64,000 nucleotides of DNA. Origin: Dehalococcoidia bacterium (GTDB lineage: Bacteria > Chloroflexota > Dehalococcoidia > SZUA-161 > SpSt-899). Position numbers and translations under genes: made by a program. The notes beneath the pieces were generated by a model. It ran no database searches, had not been told where the DNA came from, and saw nothing but the letters and a program-made list of their open reading frames with translations. Numbering within the stretch: position 1 is the first letter of the stretch; the number at the start of each line of letters is the position of its first letter. Below, piece by piece: positions 9,121 through 18,488 of the stretch. The stretch covers positions 503 to 64,502 of the forward strand of contig JAWOBB010000034.1 of NCBI GenBank assembly GCA_046498265.1. The letters are read 5' to 3'.

Positions 9121-10416
9121 CTATGGTTCGTATACAATGGGAATCCAGTCCGGGTCCGCCCGATACATCTTTTCCAGAACAGTAGGGGCTGAACCATCTA
9201 TCCTGTATACCGACAGTTTGTCATTGGAGGTACGTTTGTCCGGAGCATAGCTGTGGGGACAACCGTCCACCGTTATGGAGAAGTTCTGAGCATTCTTATA
9301 AAGGAACTCGGAGGAGAAATTCTCTGTGCCGTATCTTTCCACGGTGTCCCTTATCAGTTCATACATTACATAGAGTTGCTGGCTTGCCAGATAGGCTATG
9401 CCGGCTTCCTTGATTTCCTGCTCTTTACCGGGATGATATCTTTGCAGCATCTCCTCCGTCATATCGATAACCTCGCCGCTGTCGGTCCACCACTGGGCAA
9501 CCTTGATGAGCAGCATTTTGTCGAGGGCGGGCCATAACTCCTGTTGAGTTATCATATCCAGGAAAGCAAGGTGAGCATCTGTGCCGATGTAATTTGTCTC
9601 GTAACCCTGCTGCGCGTATTCCTTGGCAAACTGGTTCATAGGCACAGGGGGAAGCAGGTAATCACAGTCGCTTAACGCTTCCACCTCGGTACTCCAGGAG
9701 AATTTCATATTCGTCAGGAAAACTTCCACCAGTTCGAACTGTTCCGGATGTGCTTTGCAGTAAGCTTTCAGGCCGTTTATGCAACCTTCCCCGTAGGACT
9801 CCTTCCACATGGCAGCGCCAATTTTGGCCGGTCCTTTGGTTTCCCAGTCCCAGTCTTTATCGGCAATCCACTTCAATAAGCTTTGAATCTCCCAGTCGAC
9901 CGCAGTCTGGCCGGCGGCGAAAACCCATCCCGGCGGCACGAAAGATTCCAGGTTGGGAGCCACTGTGAACATGACGATTTTATCCTGTTCACAGAGGGGC
10001 TTGAGAACTATGGCAGTGGATGAAACCGGCCCGAAGATTACATCCGCTCCCTGTGATTTCAGCCGGTTATACCCGGGGACATCCTTGGCCGGGTCATACT
10101 CATTATCGTAGTGTTTAACCTCGAGTGTGACACCCGGGATTAAGTTTTCGTCGTTGTAGTATTCGGCAAGGTCTTCGGTGGCCGTGAGGATTTTATCCAT
10201 TCCCGCTGCTGCCACGCCTGTAAGATCCATTATGGCCCCAATGGTTATGGTTATCTCCGGCCCAACTTCCCCTCCATTGGTGGGGGTTACCCCATTGTCA
10301 CCGTTGCTCCCATTGCCCCCGTTATCATTATCGTCACAATTGCAGGCCGTTAACAAAGGTAATGCCAGCAACAGAATTACCAGAAAACTAATTATTACTA
10401 CCCATTTACTTTTCAT
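9121..10416 (-). CDS. ABC-type substrate-binding lipoprotein (LivJ/type I PBP fold)
   Basis: Lipobox LLTAC; ITIGAIMDLTG, YDNEYDP, GADVIFG. Confidence 0.8.
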   Translation of the reverse strand: MKSKWVVIISFLVILLLALPLLTACNCDDNDNGGNGSNGDNGVTPTNGGEVGPEITITIGAIMDLTGVAAAGMDKILTATEDLAEYYNDENLIPGVTLEVKHYDNEYDPAKDVPGYNRLKSQGADVIFGPVSSTAIVLKPLCEQDKIVMFTVAPNLESFVPPGWVFAAGQTAVDWEIQSLLKWIADKDWDWETKGPAKIGAAMWKESYGEGCINGLKAYCKAHPEQFELVEVFLTNMKFSWSTEVEALSDCDYLLPPVPMNQFAKEYAQQGYETNYIGTDAHLAFLDMITQQELWPALDKMLLIKVAQWWTDSGEVIDMTEEMLQRYHPGKEQEIKEAGIAYLASQQLYVMYELIRDTVERYGTENFSSEFLYKNAQNFSITVDGCPHSYAPDKRTSNDKLSVYRIDGSAPTVLEKMYRADPDWIPIVYEP

Positions 10417-10545
10417 TTCCCCTCCTTCCCGGGCAAAAGTTATCTTTTGCCGGTATATGTCATTTGCAATCTTGAAGTGTTGGTTTTTCTCCCTATATAT
10501 TTATCCCCCCTTTCTTGTTTTTGGCTTGAGTTGCAAATCCCGTTT

Positions 10546-11808
10546 CTACTCCGCAGGCGATCGAACGACCGGATACCATTCATCGTGAACCCGGAAAAGG
10601 TCCTTTTCCTCGCCGTTTACCTCATAAATAGCCAGATGGTCGATTGAAGAACGCTTGTTTTTGCCAAAGCTGGCTCTCTCTATGCCATCAACGGTCTGAG
10701 AATATGCCTCTGCGGCTTGATAAAGAGCTTCCGAGTCAAATCCCCCCGGGCCCGCTTCCTCGATGGCGTCTACTATTATATCAAGTATCTGGTATATGGC
10801 ATCGATTGAGATGTAGGAAGCTCCCTCCCCCATAATCTCTTCGGCCGAGTCCGGATGCTTGGCGAAGAGGAGTTGTTTGGTCATATTGATTATCTCAGTA
10901 TCATCGGTCCACCATCCGGAAGGAAGGATGAAGAGCGATCCATCGAACTTGTCCCAGAGATGGGCATCGCTTATCGTTCCCAGAAAAGCAGACTGAGCCC
11001 CCGTTCCCATGAATTTGCCATCATATCCTGCACCTCGATACTCCTTGACGAAACTGACGAGACTGATGGGCAGCATTATATAATCGCATTCCTTCAGGGC
11101 CTCTACCTCGGTCTTCCAGTTGAAGCCGATTTCGATGGTATATCCCCCCACCCATTCAAACTTGTCCGGGTGAGCTTCGGCATATTCCTTCATGGCATCC
11201 TGCAGCGCGATATTGTAGGGGGTTTTCCATCCTGCAGCCCCTATCTTTGCTCGCCTGTCGGCAGGGAAATCCGAATCGTTTTCGGCAACCCATTTGAGTA
11301 AAGTATAGGCATTCTCCGAAGGCAGTGTTGAGGGGACAAAAATATAGCCGGGAGGGTATACCAGGTCATCATCTGCTGCCGTGGTGAAAAGGACCATCTC
11401 ATCCTGGGTAACCCGAGGTTTCAGGGTAAGGGGAGTGGTGGGCACGTTGCTGAAAATGAGGTCCGCACCATCGCGTTTTACCTTCTCATAACACGGGATT
11501 TCCTTACTGGGTTCGTAAGCGCAGTCACAAGTGGCTACCTCCAGGCGAGCTCCCTCAGGGATAAGCCCGTTTTCAGTATAATATTCCACCGCATCATCCA
11601 GAGCCATATCGATAGGCTCCATGGCGGTTGCCGAAGCTCCCGTCTGATCCGTAATATACCCGATAGTAATAGTAGTGATCTCGGGAGGTTCCTTTTCCCC
11701 GTTACTTTCCCCGGTACTATCTTCACCACCGCATCCGGCCAGCAAAGGTAATATCAATAACAAACCTGCCAGAATCGGTAAACATGCTTTGCCAGGAATT
11801 CTTGCCAT
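10546..11808 (-). CDS. ABC-type substrate-binding lipoprotein (LivJ-like), paralog of its neighbour
   Basis: Lipobox LLAGC; ITIGYITDQTG; shares PPG(W/Y), AKIGAA, TEVEAL..CDY and WWTD motifs with 9121..10416. Confidence 0.8.
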   Translation of the reverse strand: MARIPGKACLPILAGLLLILPLLAGCGGEDSTGESNGEKEPPEITTITIGYITDQTGASATAMEPIDMALDDAVEYYTENGLIPEGARLEVATCDCAYEPSKEIPCYEKVKRDGADLIFSNVPTTPLTLKPRVTQDEMVLFTTAADDDLVYPPGYIFVPSTLPSENAYTLLKWVAENDSDFPADRRAKIGAAGWKTPYNIALQDAMKEYAEAHPDKFEWVGGYTIEIGFNWKTEVEALKECDYIMLPISLVSFVKEYRGAGYDGKFMGTGAQSAFLGTISDAHLWDKFDGSLFILPSGWWTDDTEIINMTKQLLFAKHPDSAEEIMGEGASYISIDAIYQILDIIVDAIEEAGPGGFDSEALYQAAEAYSQTVDGIERASFGKNKRSSIDHLAIYEVNGEEKDLFRVHDEWYPVVRSPAE

Positions 11809-11853
11809 TTCCCTTCTCCCTTAAAAAAATTACAAAAAGAGTTGTTAACCGTT

Positions 11854-11882
11854 ATTTTGCCATCTGGAATCACATCCGTCAA
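11854..11882 (-). promoter_or_regulatory. Possible sigma70 promoter for the binding-protein genes
   Basis: Minus strand TTGACG-N17-CAAAAT. Confidence 0.45.
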
Positions 11883-11982
11883 TAGACATTTTAATTCCGG
11901 CTGCGATTACCGAAGGTAACGCTGCTTAACTTTGAGCCCTCCCACAGCTTATTTTTTAGTTAGCTGATTATATGACCAGCTT

Positions 11983-13194
11983 TTACGAAATCTCGGGAAC
12001 GTGCAGGACTCCCTCGAACTCCAGTTCCTTGATTTCCCTGTCGGCCATTCCCAGCACTTGACTGCATATTTCCTCGGTGTGCTGGCCCAGCAGGGGGGCC
12101 GGCGTACTCTTGAATTCGGATGTGCCCCAGAGGTGAAAGGCTATGCCGGGGTAGAGCCGTTTCCCGGCTACGGGGTGATCCAGTTCCATGATTGCCCCCA
12201 TATGCTGAAGCTGAGGGTCATTAATGGAATCGGTGGCCCGCTGCACTACCCCTGCCGGTACTCCGGCAGCCTGCAGGATGTCCATCACCTCTTGCGGTTG
12301 GCGGGTGGAAGTCCACTCTTCGACCAGGTGATCGAGTTCGTCGACATGCTGCAAACGTCCGGGCATGTCGGAGAATTTAGGATCGGTAGTCCAGGCAGGA
12401 TTTCCGATGGCCTGACAGAAACTCCGCCATTCCTCCTCGTTAAGCACCGTTATGGTGCACCAGTTGTCATCACCCAGGCAGCGATAACAGCCATGCGGCG
12501 CATAATGAGAACTTCGGTTACCCATTGGCTCAGGAGAGCGCCCGTTCATGGTGTAATCGAGGAAATACTCCCCTACCATACCCGCGGCTACTTCCGTTTG
12601 AGCCATGGTGATGAACTGCCCCTTGCCGGTACGGCGTCGATAATCGAGGGCAGCTATGGCGGCCATGGCCAGGTACTTGCTGGCAATATGGTCAGGAATA
12701 GGGGAATTGGATCCTACCGGATAGGGATCGTCGGGATGGGCCCAGAGGGAAAGCATGCCGGAGGCACCGGAAATCATGGGGCCGTATGCCTGGTAATTGC
12801 TGTAGGGCCCGCCGCTTCCGAATCCCTGGCTGCTCAAGTATACGATGGAAGGGTTGATCCGTCGCATACTCTCATAATCGAACCCGAGATCCTCCATGAC
12901 TCCCCCGCGATAGTTCTCCATCATGACATCGGTAAGCTTAACCAGTTGTTTGACGAGCTCTTTCCCCTTTTCCGTTTTCAGGTTCACTCCGAAACTGCGC
13001 TTGTTGCGGTTTGACTCGTTGAATCCGGCGATGTTGTTGATATCCGGCCCTATGGTGCGCATGAAATCCATGTTGTCTCTGGATTCGATCTTTATAACGT
13101 CAGCCCCGAACTCTCCCATTACCTTGCCGAAATCGGGGCCCACGCCGCCCGTTCCAAAACTGAGAACCCTTACGTTTTCCAGTGGTAACATCAT
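11983..13194 (-). CDS. Class III CoA-transferase (CaiB/BaiF), catalytic-type subunit
   Basis: GADVIKIE, NRNKRS, ENYRGG, GSNSPIPD (Asp), APLLGQH. Confidence 0.9.
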   Translation of the reverse strand: MMLPLENVRVLSFGTGGVGPDFGKVMGEFGADVIKIESRDNMDFMRTIGPDINNIAGFNESNRNKRSFGVNLKTEKGKELVKQLVKLTDVMMENYRGGVMEDLGFDYESMRRINPSIVYLSSQGFGSGGPYSNYQAYGPMISGASGMLSLWAHPDDPYPVGSNSPIPDHIASKYLAMAAIAALDYRRRTGKGQFITMAQTEVAAGMVGEYFLDYTMNGRSPEPMGNRSSHYAPHGCYRCLGDDNWCTITVLNEEEWRSFCQAIGNPAWTTDPKFSDMPGRLQHVDELDHLVEEWTSTRQPQEVMDILQAAGVPAGVVQRATDSINDPQLQHMGAIMELDHPVAGKRLYPGIAFHLWGTSEFKSTPAPLLGQHTEEICSQVLGMADREIKELEFEGVLHVPEIS

Positions 13195-13206
13195 TTTCCT
13201 CCTTGG

Positions 13207-14424
13207 TTACAGGACCCCGCCGCTCTTGAGTTCTGCCAGCTCATCTTTCGAAAATCCCAGCTCATCACAGTATATCTGCTCGTTGTGTTCCCCCAGGCAG
13301 GGGGCGGGACACCCGATTCCGGCCGGCGTTTCGGTCCACTTATACGGCGGGCCGGGATATTCGGCTTTGCCTGCCACCGGATGGCTGACTTCGGTGAAGA
13401 ATTGTCTGGCTCTGGTGTGAGGGCTGTTATAAAAATCGCTCATCTTGAGTATGGGAGAGATCGGGACCCCCTCCCGGCTTCCCGCTTCAAAAAGCTCAAG
13501 CATGGTGAACTTATTGGTGAATTCCTGCATCAGGAAATACAGGTCCTGGGCATTACCAATGCGGTACATGAAATCCCGCCATTCAGGCATCTGGAGAACA
13601 TCAGGATTATCAAGCACCCTGACAAGGGCGTCCCATTGTCGCGGAGTCAAAGCTACTACCCTGATAAAACCATCCTTACAGGGGTAAACGGGGTAAATGG
13701 AGTCTCCCATGCGTACTTCGGGGGTAGGGGGTGGCATATCCGGATTGACGGCATAATGGTAATTGGGAATAATCCAGGGATAAAGCCCCATACGAGAGGT
13801 TTCGTGAACCGAGGTATCGATGAACTGCCCTTCACCGGTAGTGGCCCTCATATAGAGCGCAGCCGCTATCGATATGCTGGCATGGATGGAAGCAGCATCA
13901 TAGGCCGGCGAACCCGGCATCATGCACGGCACCTTGCCCGGGTATCCGCTGGTGATCATGGTCCCGCTCAGGGCGAAATCGACGAGGTTGGAACCTTTGT
14001 AATCGCGATAAGGCCCGGTTTGCCCGAATTCGGTGATGCTGTCGACGACCAGTCCGGGGTTTATCCCCTTCAGATTAGAATAATCGAAACCCAGGCCGGG
14101 CAGGTAATCAGGATGTGAATTATCCACCAGCACATCGGCGGTTTTGAGCAATTTGCGGAAAATCTCCTTACCCTGTTCAAGTTCGATGTTCAGGGTGATT
14201 CCCAGCTTGCCGGTATTGCGAAAGAGGAAATAAAGGCTCTTCTCGGGATGGGGAGTGTCATTGAGGAAAGGAGGGGTGTTCCTTCCGGGCTCTCCTTGCG
14301 GTTTTTCAATCTTGATAACCTCCGCTCCAATATCGGCCAGAACCTTGGTAGCGAAGGCCCCTTTGCTGTCGGCTAAATCAAGGATTCTGTAACCGGTTAG
14401 AGCGCCGTCTTTTTCATCTGGCAT
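13207..14424 (-). CDS. Class III CoA-transferase (CaiB/BaiF), partner subunit
   Basis: GAEVIKIEKP, NTGKLGITL, FGQTGPY, APCLGEHN. Confidence 0.9.
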   Translation of the reverse strand: MPDEKDGALTGYRILDLADSKGAFATKVLADIGAEVIKIEKPQGEPGRNTPPFLNDTPHPEKSLYFLFRNTGKLGITLNIELEQGKEIFRKLLKTADVLVDNSHPDYLPGLGFDYSNLKGINPGLVVDSITEFGQTGPYRDYKGSNLVDFALSGTMITSGYPGKVPCMMPGSPAYDAASIHASISIAAALYMRATTGEGQFIDTSVHETSRMGLYPWIIPNYHYAVNPDMPPPTPEVRMGDSIYPVYPCKDGFIRVVALTPRQWDALVRVLDNPDVLQMPEWRDFMYRIGNAQDLYFLMQEFTNKFTMLELFEAGSREGVPISPILKMSDFYNSPHTRARQFFTEVSHPVAGKAEYPGPPYKWTETPAGIGCPAPCLGEHNEQIYCDELGFSKDELAELKSGGVL

Positions 14425-14505
14425 ATCCTACCTCCCTGAATCGAAGGGTGAGTTCCTGCTCTCCATAATAATCGTGAACCGGTTGTGAGTCAATATTTAA
14501 GGAAT

Positions 14506-14541
14506 AAAAAGCGGGGCGAGCCGACCGGCTCGCCCCGCTTT
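14506..14541 (-). terminator. Intrinsic terminator after the surface lipoprotein gene
   Basis: GCGGGGCGAGCC-gacc-GGCTCGCCCCGC with a T5 tail on the minus strand. Confidence 0.85.
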
Positions 14542-14565
14542 GCCACGCTTGGAGAAAAGAAGGGG

Positions 14566-16224
14566 TTATGGAGCAGGCGTGTAAGAAGTCAATTCCTTGG
14601 TTTCGGAGCCCATGAAGATGTAATTATACTGGTACTTGACGGGACAGAGGAAATCCTCATCCACTGCCCACCACTCGTAATTGACGGTACCATCTTCTGC
14701 TGTGGCCGCTATCTTAAAGCATTCATAATTACCTGCTGGAACGGTGACTTCCTCCGTGCCTACCACTTCCAGCGTCCATGGTGTTTCTATGTGTACCAGG
14801 AAATCAGGCATGTCTATTATGGTTGTATAAGCCCATGTGTCACCAACGGACAGGGATTCCGGTCGCTCTATCGTATAGTCATAACCTCTTTCTGCATCCA
14901 GGGTCATTTGAACTGCCGAAACATACAAAGTGAACGTTTCCTGAACAATTCCTCCGGTAGATTTGTCCCGCCAAATGGATGCAGCATGGAGATCTACCGG
15001 AATAACTGTGTTCAACATAGAGGTCTCATTGTACCAGCGTCTCGGTTGATCGCTGAATTCGGCTGAGATAACATAACAGTCGTATTCTTTATCTGCAACA
15101 GTGACCTTGGCTTCCTCGTTAACATCAACGTCCCAGGTGATTTCATTAGTCGTTTCTCTTTTTGGGTCTTCCAGATATTCGTATGATACATCGTATGCCC
15201 AGGAAGTGCCGATTGTTGGGGTTTCACCGTCGCCTGGCGTTGATGTGGGAGTGGGCGAAACTGTAGGAGTGGGTGAAGCTGTAGGCGAAGGTGTAGGCGA
15301 AGGTGAAGGTGAGGGTGAAGGTGAAGGCGTAGGCGTAGCGGTCGGTTCCTCGCCTCCCGTCAAATCCGGCACATCTGAGTTTTTTGCTGGCATGGGCGTA
15401 TAGGAGACAAGCTCTCTGGTTTCCAGCGCCTGATACTGTGCGTACCGTTCCACCTTGACCGGCAGGATCATATCGTATTCCGCTGAGTACCATTCGGTAT
15501 CCAGGGGATTCCCCTGGCTGGTCAACTCGACCTTGTAGCAGCGGAAGGTGCCGGCCGGAACCGTCACATCCTCAACTGCGGTGACTTCGATATCGATGGG
15601 AGTGGTGTATGGATCGTACATTGGCGGTTCCAGCACGGTCCCCTGCTCTATGGAATAAGCGTCTCCGTAGGAGAACGGCTGGCCGTGATCAACCGTGCCG
15701 TAGTTATTTGTCTGGGTGGATGTCAGCACATTCCCCATAACGTCGACCTTGGCTTTTGCCTGGATCACATCGAGCGTATCCTTGCTGATGGCGTAGGAAA
15801 CACCGGTGACCTTGGTCGGTGCCCCGCTGGGCTGGGCATAGCGGAAGGGTTCCTCGTCAAAGGTGGCTTCGATTACCCAGCAATCTTCTCCCTCGACGGT
15901 TTCCTCTGAGGTAACGTTCATTGTCCATTCAGTAACTTCCTCTTCGTAGGTGACCTGGTAAACGGCGGTAGGCCCGCTCGGTTCAGGGGTTTCCTCCTTG
16001 AGAGCTTCTATCTGCGCTTCAAGATCTGCTATGGTGCTTTCAAGTTCGGTGATCTCCGATTGAAGGTCGTCATTTTCTGCTTCCAGCTCAGTGATTTTCA
16101 CTTGAAGTTCAGCAACCTTCTCGCTATCTCCCTCATCATCGTCATCGCTGCAGGCAGCCAATACCAGAAGCCCTGCCAGTAAAATAGCGATGACCAGGAT
16201 TGCCCATTTCCATGAATTCCTCAT
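14566..16224 (-). CDS. Surface lipoprotein: coiled coil plus two repeated beta domains joined by an S/T/P linker
   Basis: Lipobox LAAC; heptad acidic coiled coil; EDVTVPAGTFRCYKV and EEVTVPAGNYECFKI repeats; PTATPTPSPSPSP linker. Confidence 0.8.
   Translation of the reverse strand: MRNSWKWAILVIAILLAGLLVLAACSDDDDEGDSEKVAELQVKITELEAENDDLQSEITELESTIADLEAQIEALKEETPEPSGPTAVYQVTYEEEVTEWTMNVTSEETVEGEDCWVIEATFDEEPFRYAQPSGAPTKVTGVSYAISKDTLDVIQAKAKVDVMGNVLTSTQTNNYGTVDHGQPFSYGDAYSIEQGTVLEPPMYDPYTTPIDIEVTAVEDVTVPAGTFRCYKVELTSQGNPLDTEWYSAEYDMILPVKVERYAQYQALETRELVSYTPMPAKNSDVPDLTGGEEPTATPTPSPSPSPSPSPTPSPTASPTPTVSPTPTSTPGDGETPTIGTSWAYDVSYEYLEDPKRETTNEITWDVDVNEEAKVTVADKEYDCYVISAEFSDQPRRWYNETSMLNTVIPVDLHAASIWRDKSTGGIVQETFTLYVSAVQMTLDAERGYDYTIERPESLSVGDTWAYTTIIDMPDFLVHIETPWTLEVVGTEEVTVPAGNYECFKIAATAEDGTVNYEWWAVDEDFLCPVKYQYNYIFMGSETKELTSYTPAP
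15233..15340 (-). repeat. Coding hexamer repeats for the (S/T)P linker
   Basis: GGTGAA/GGCGAA/GGCGTA tandem units encoding PSPSPSPTPSPT. Confidence 0.8.
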
Positions 16225-16498
16225 AATTAATTCCTCCTTTTCTCCTTTTAAAAAATTATTGTTTGATCAACACGAACGATCCTCTTGCCCAAGATTACAC
16301 TTCTTATCTTAGTAACAAGGGAATCGGTAACAAGGGTAATAGTGTTTCCCTTTTCTTGACTCTGCCAGATGTTTTTCCTTCTATTTTACCACGTTATGCA
16401 AGCATGGAAAAGAAGATTGGCATAAAAGAGGGATAAAACGAGGAAAAATCTATTAGCGGCTGGCTCCGTTCTATCCCTCCCGGCCCTTGAGTTCCCCC

Positions 16499-16527
16499 TT
16501 GTCTTCATTTTGACGGTGTGATATCCT
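16499..16527 (+). promoter_or_regulatory. Probable promoter of the regulator-heme operon
   Basis: TTGTCT-N17-TATCCT with extended -10 TG. Confidence 0.5.
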
Positions 16528-16530
16528 GAT

Positions 16531-16580
16531 AAAGTTGGTTATAGATTTTTATAGAATTTTGGCGATTTCCTAAGATTATG
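16531..16580 (+). promoter_or_regulatory. 10-bp-phased direct-repeat array, candidate operator
   Basis: AAAGTTGGTT/ATAGATTTTT/ATAGAATTTT/GGCGATTTCC/TAAGATTATG in exact 10-nt register, ending at the ATG. Confidence 0.45.
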
Positions 16581-17225
16581 ACAACGAGCGGGCAGTCATC
16601 CCTTCTGACCATAAGCCAGGCCAGTCGATTCCTTGGCGTCAGCGAAGTGACGTTGCGCCAGTGGACGGACGAGGGCCGTATCGAGGCGTTCATCACTCCC
16701 GGCGGACACCGCCGCTACTCCCAAAGCGAACTTCGCCGTTTCATGGGCTCGGGAAACCGCATCCACGGCATCAGGGACCTGCTTGCCCGGATGGAGCTGG
16801 CCCCGGAAGAGGAGCATGAGATTGCCAGAACCCGATTTCCGGCGATGTTATGGTACAACGAGCTCAGCCCGGATTCTCTTGCCCGGCTGCGGGAACTGGG
16901 CAAAAAGGTATACGGCCTGGTTATTACCTATATATCCAAACCGTCGAGGCGCGAGGAAACGCTGGAGCTTGGCCGGGAAGTGGGGAGGGAATTCGGGCAG
17001 TATCTGGTCTCAATAGGGCTTCCGTTGACCGATGCCATGGAAGCCTTCATGCTGCACCGGGCACCGCTGGTTGCCGCCGCCACCGACCTCATGAAGAAAC
17101 GCAAAGCCCTCAACGAGCGCGCCGCCGAGGCCATACCGCTGGTAACACAACTCACTGACGAGGTCCTGCTGGCCATGGTTACGGCGTACCAGACTCAGGA
17201 TATCGGCAACGGAGAAGATAAATGA
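16578..17225 (+). CDS. MerR/BldC/excisionase-type HTH regulator with an all-helical C-terminal domain
   Basis: LTISQASRFLGVSEVTLRQWTDEGRI...TPGGHRRY; stop overlaps the ahbC start (ATGA). Confidence 0.85.
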   Translation: MTTSGQSSLLTISQASRFLGVSEVTLRQWTDEGRIEAFITPGGHRRYSQSELRRFMGSGNRIHGIRDLLARMELAPEEEHEIARTRFPAMLWYNELSPDSLARLRELGKKVYGLVITYISKPSRREETLELGREVGREFGQYLVSIGLPLTDAMEAFMLHRAPLVAAATDLMKKRKALNERAAEAIPLVTQLTDEVLLAMVTAYQTQDIGNGEDK

Positions 17226-18388
17226 TTTCGATTTCAAGACTGCTTTGCGATGAGGTTGGCCCGGCCGATGAGCTTCGTTACGGGCATAACGGGCATCTCT
17301 CCCCCGCCCGCCAAGCCCGCCCCATCGTGGTATGGAATTGCACCCGCCGATGCAACCTCCACTGCGTTCATTGCTATGCCGATGCCGTTTCCGATGATTC
17401 CAGCCGGGAAATGAGCACAGAAGAAGGCAAAATATTCATCCGTCAGCTTGCCGATTTCGGGGTGCCGGTTCTTCTTTTTTCAGGGGGCGAGCCGCTCGTG
17501 CGCCGGGACTTTCTGGAACTGGCCAGGTTCGCCGTGGCAGGCGGTGTCGGGGTGGTGGTTTCCACCAATGGAACCCTGATAACGCCTGAAACAGCCCGGG
17601 AAATGAAGAAGATCGGGTTTCGGGAGGTGGGCATCAGCCTCGATGGAATCGGGGAAAAGAATGATAAGTTTCGCGGCAAAAAGGGCGCTTTTGAGGCGGC
17701 GCTTAATGGCATCCGTTACTGCATCGCCGAGGGCCAGCGGGTTTCGCTGAGAATGACCGTTACCCAGGCAAATCATGGCGAGGTCTCCGCCATCCTTGAC
17801 CTGGCGGAGCGGGAGAACATCGATCGAATTTGTTTTTATCATTTGGCCTATGCGGGGAGAGGGAACGATCTTCGGGATATCGATCTTAATCACGCCCAGA
17901 CGAGAGAGGTAGTCGATCTCATTGCCGATCGCACACGGGATTTCTACCGGCGCGGGTTGAACAAGGAAATCCTGCTGGTGGCCAATCATGCCGATGGCGT
18001 TTATCTCTATTTGCGCGAAAGGGAAAAGGACCCGGAGCGGGCGGCGAAGATTATGGGGCTTCTGGAGATCAATGGCGGCAATAACTCCGGTATTCGCATC
18101 GGGGCGGTGGATGAGCTGGGCAATGTCCATCCCGACCAGTTCTGGAGGTCGGTCAGCCTGGGCAACGTTCACCAGAAGCCGTTCGGAGATATCTGGCTGG
18201 ATACCTCTAATCCCATAATGGACTGGCTGAAGGATCGAAAGGGCCAGCTTGAAGGCCGATGCGCCCGATGCCGGTATCTGGAAATCTGCAACGGCAATTT
18301 GCGTGAACGTGCCGAGGCCGTCTTCGACGACATGCGGGCCGAGGACCCGGCCTGTTACCTGACCGATGAGGAGATCGGGATTTTATGA
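17222..18388 (+). CDS. ahbC: Radical SAM/SPASM Fe-coproporphyrin synthase (12,18-didecarboxysiroheme deacetylase)
   Basis: MISISRLLC...LRYG, VVWNCTRRCNLHCVHC, NHADG, VHPDQFW, DPACYLTDEEIG. Confidence 0.85.
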   Translation: MISISRLLCDEVGPADELRYGHNGHLSPARQARPIVVWNCTRRCNLHCVHCYADAVSDDSSREMSTEEGKIFIRQLADFGVPVLLFSGGEPLVRRDFLELARFAVAGGVGVVVSTNGTLITPETAREMKKIGFREVGISLDGIGEKNDKFRGKKGAFEAALNGIRYCIAEGQRVSLRMTVTQANHGEVSAILDLAERENIDRICFYHLAYAGRGNDLRDIDLNHAQTREVVDLIADRTRDFYRRGLNKEILLVANHADGVYLYLREREKDPERAAKIMGLLEINGGNNSGIRIGAVDELGNVHPDQFWRSVSLGNVHQKPFGDIWLDTSNPIMDWLKDRKGQLEGRCARCRYLEICNGNLRERAEAVFDDMRAEDPACYLTDEEIGIL

Positions 18389-18399
18389 ATTTGCAGTCA

Positions 18400-18480
18400 T
18401 GTCATTTATGAATGTAGCGAAGCGAAATGAAGAATCCCCACTAATTGCATGAGATTCTTCGCCACTGGCTCAGAATGACA
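18400..18480. repeat. REP-like palindromic element
   Basis: TGTCATT...AATGACA ends with an inner GAAGAATC/GATTCTTC stem, between ahbC and ahbD. Confidence 0.7.
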
Positions 18481-18488
18481 GTGAAAAA

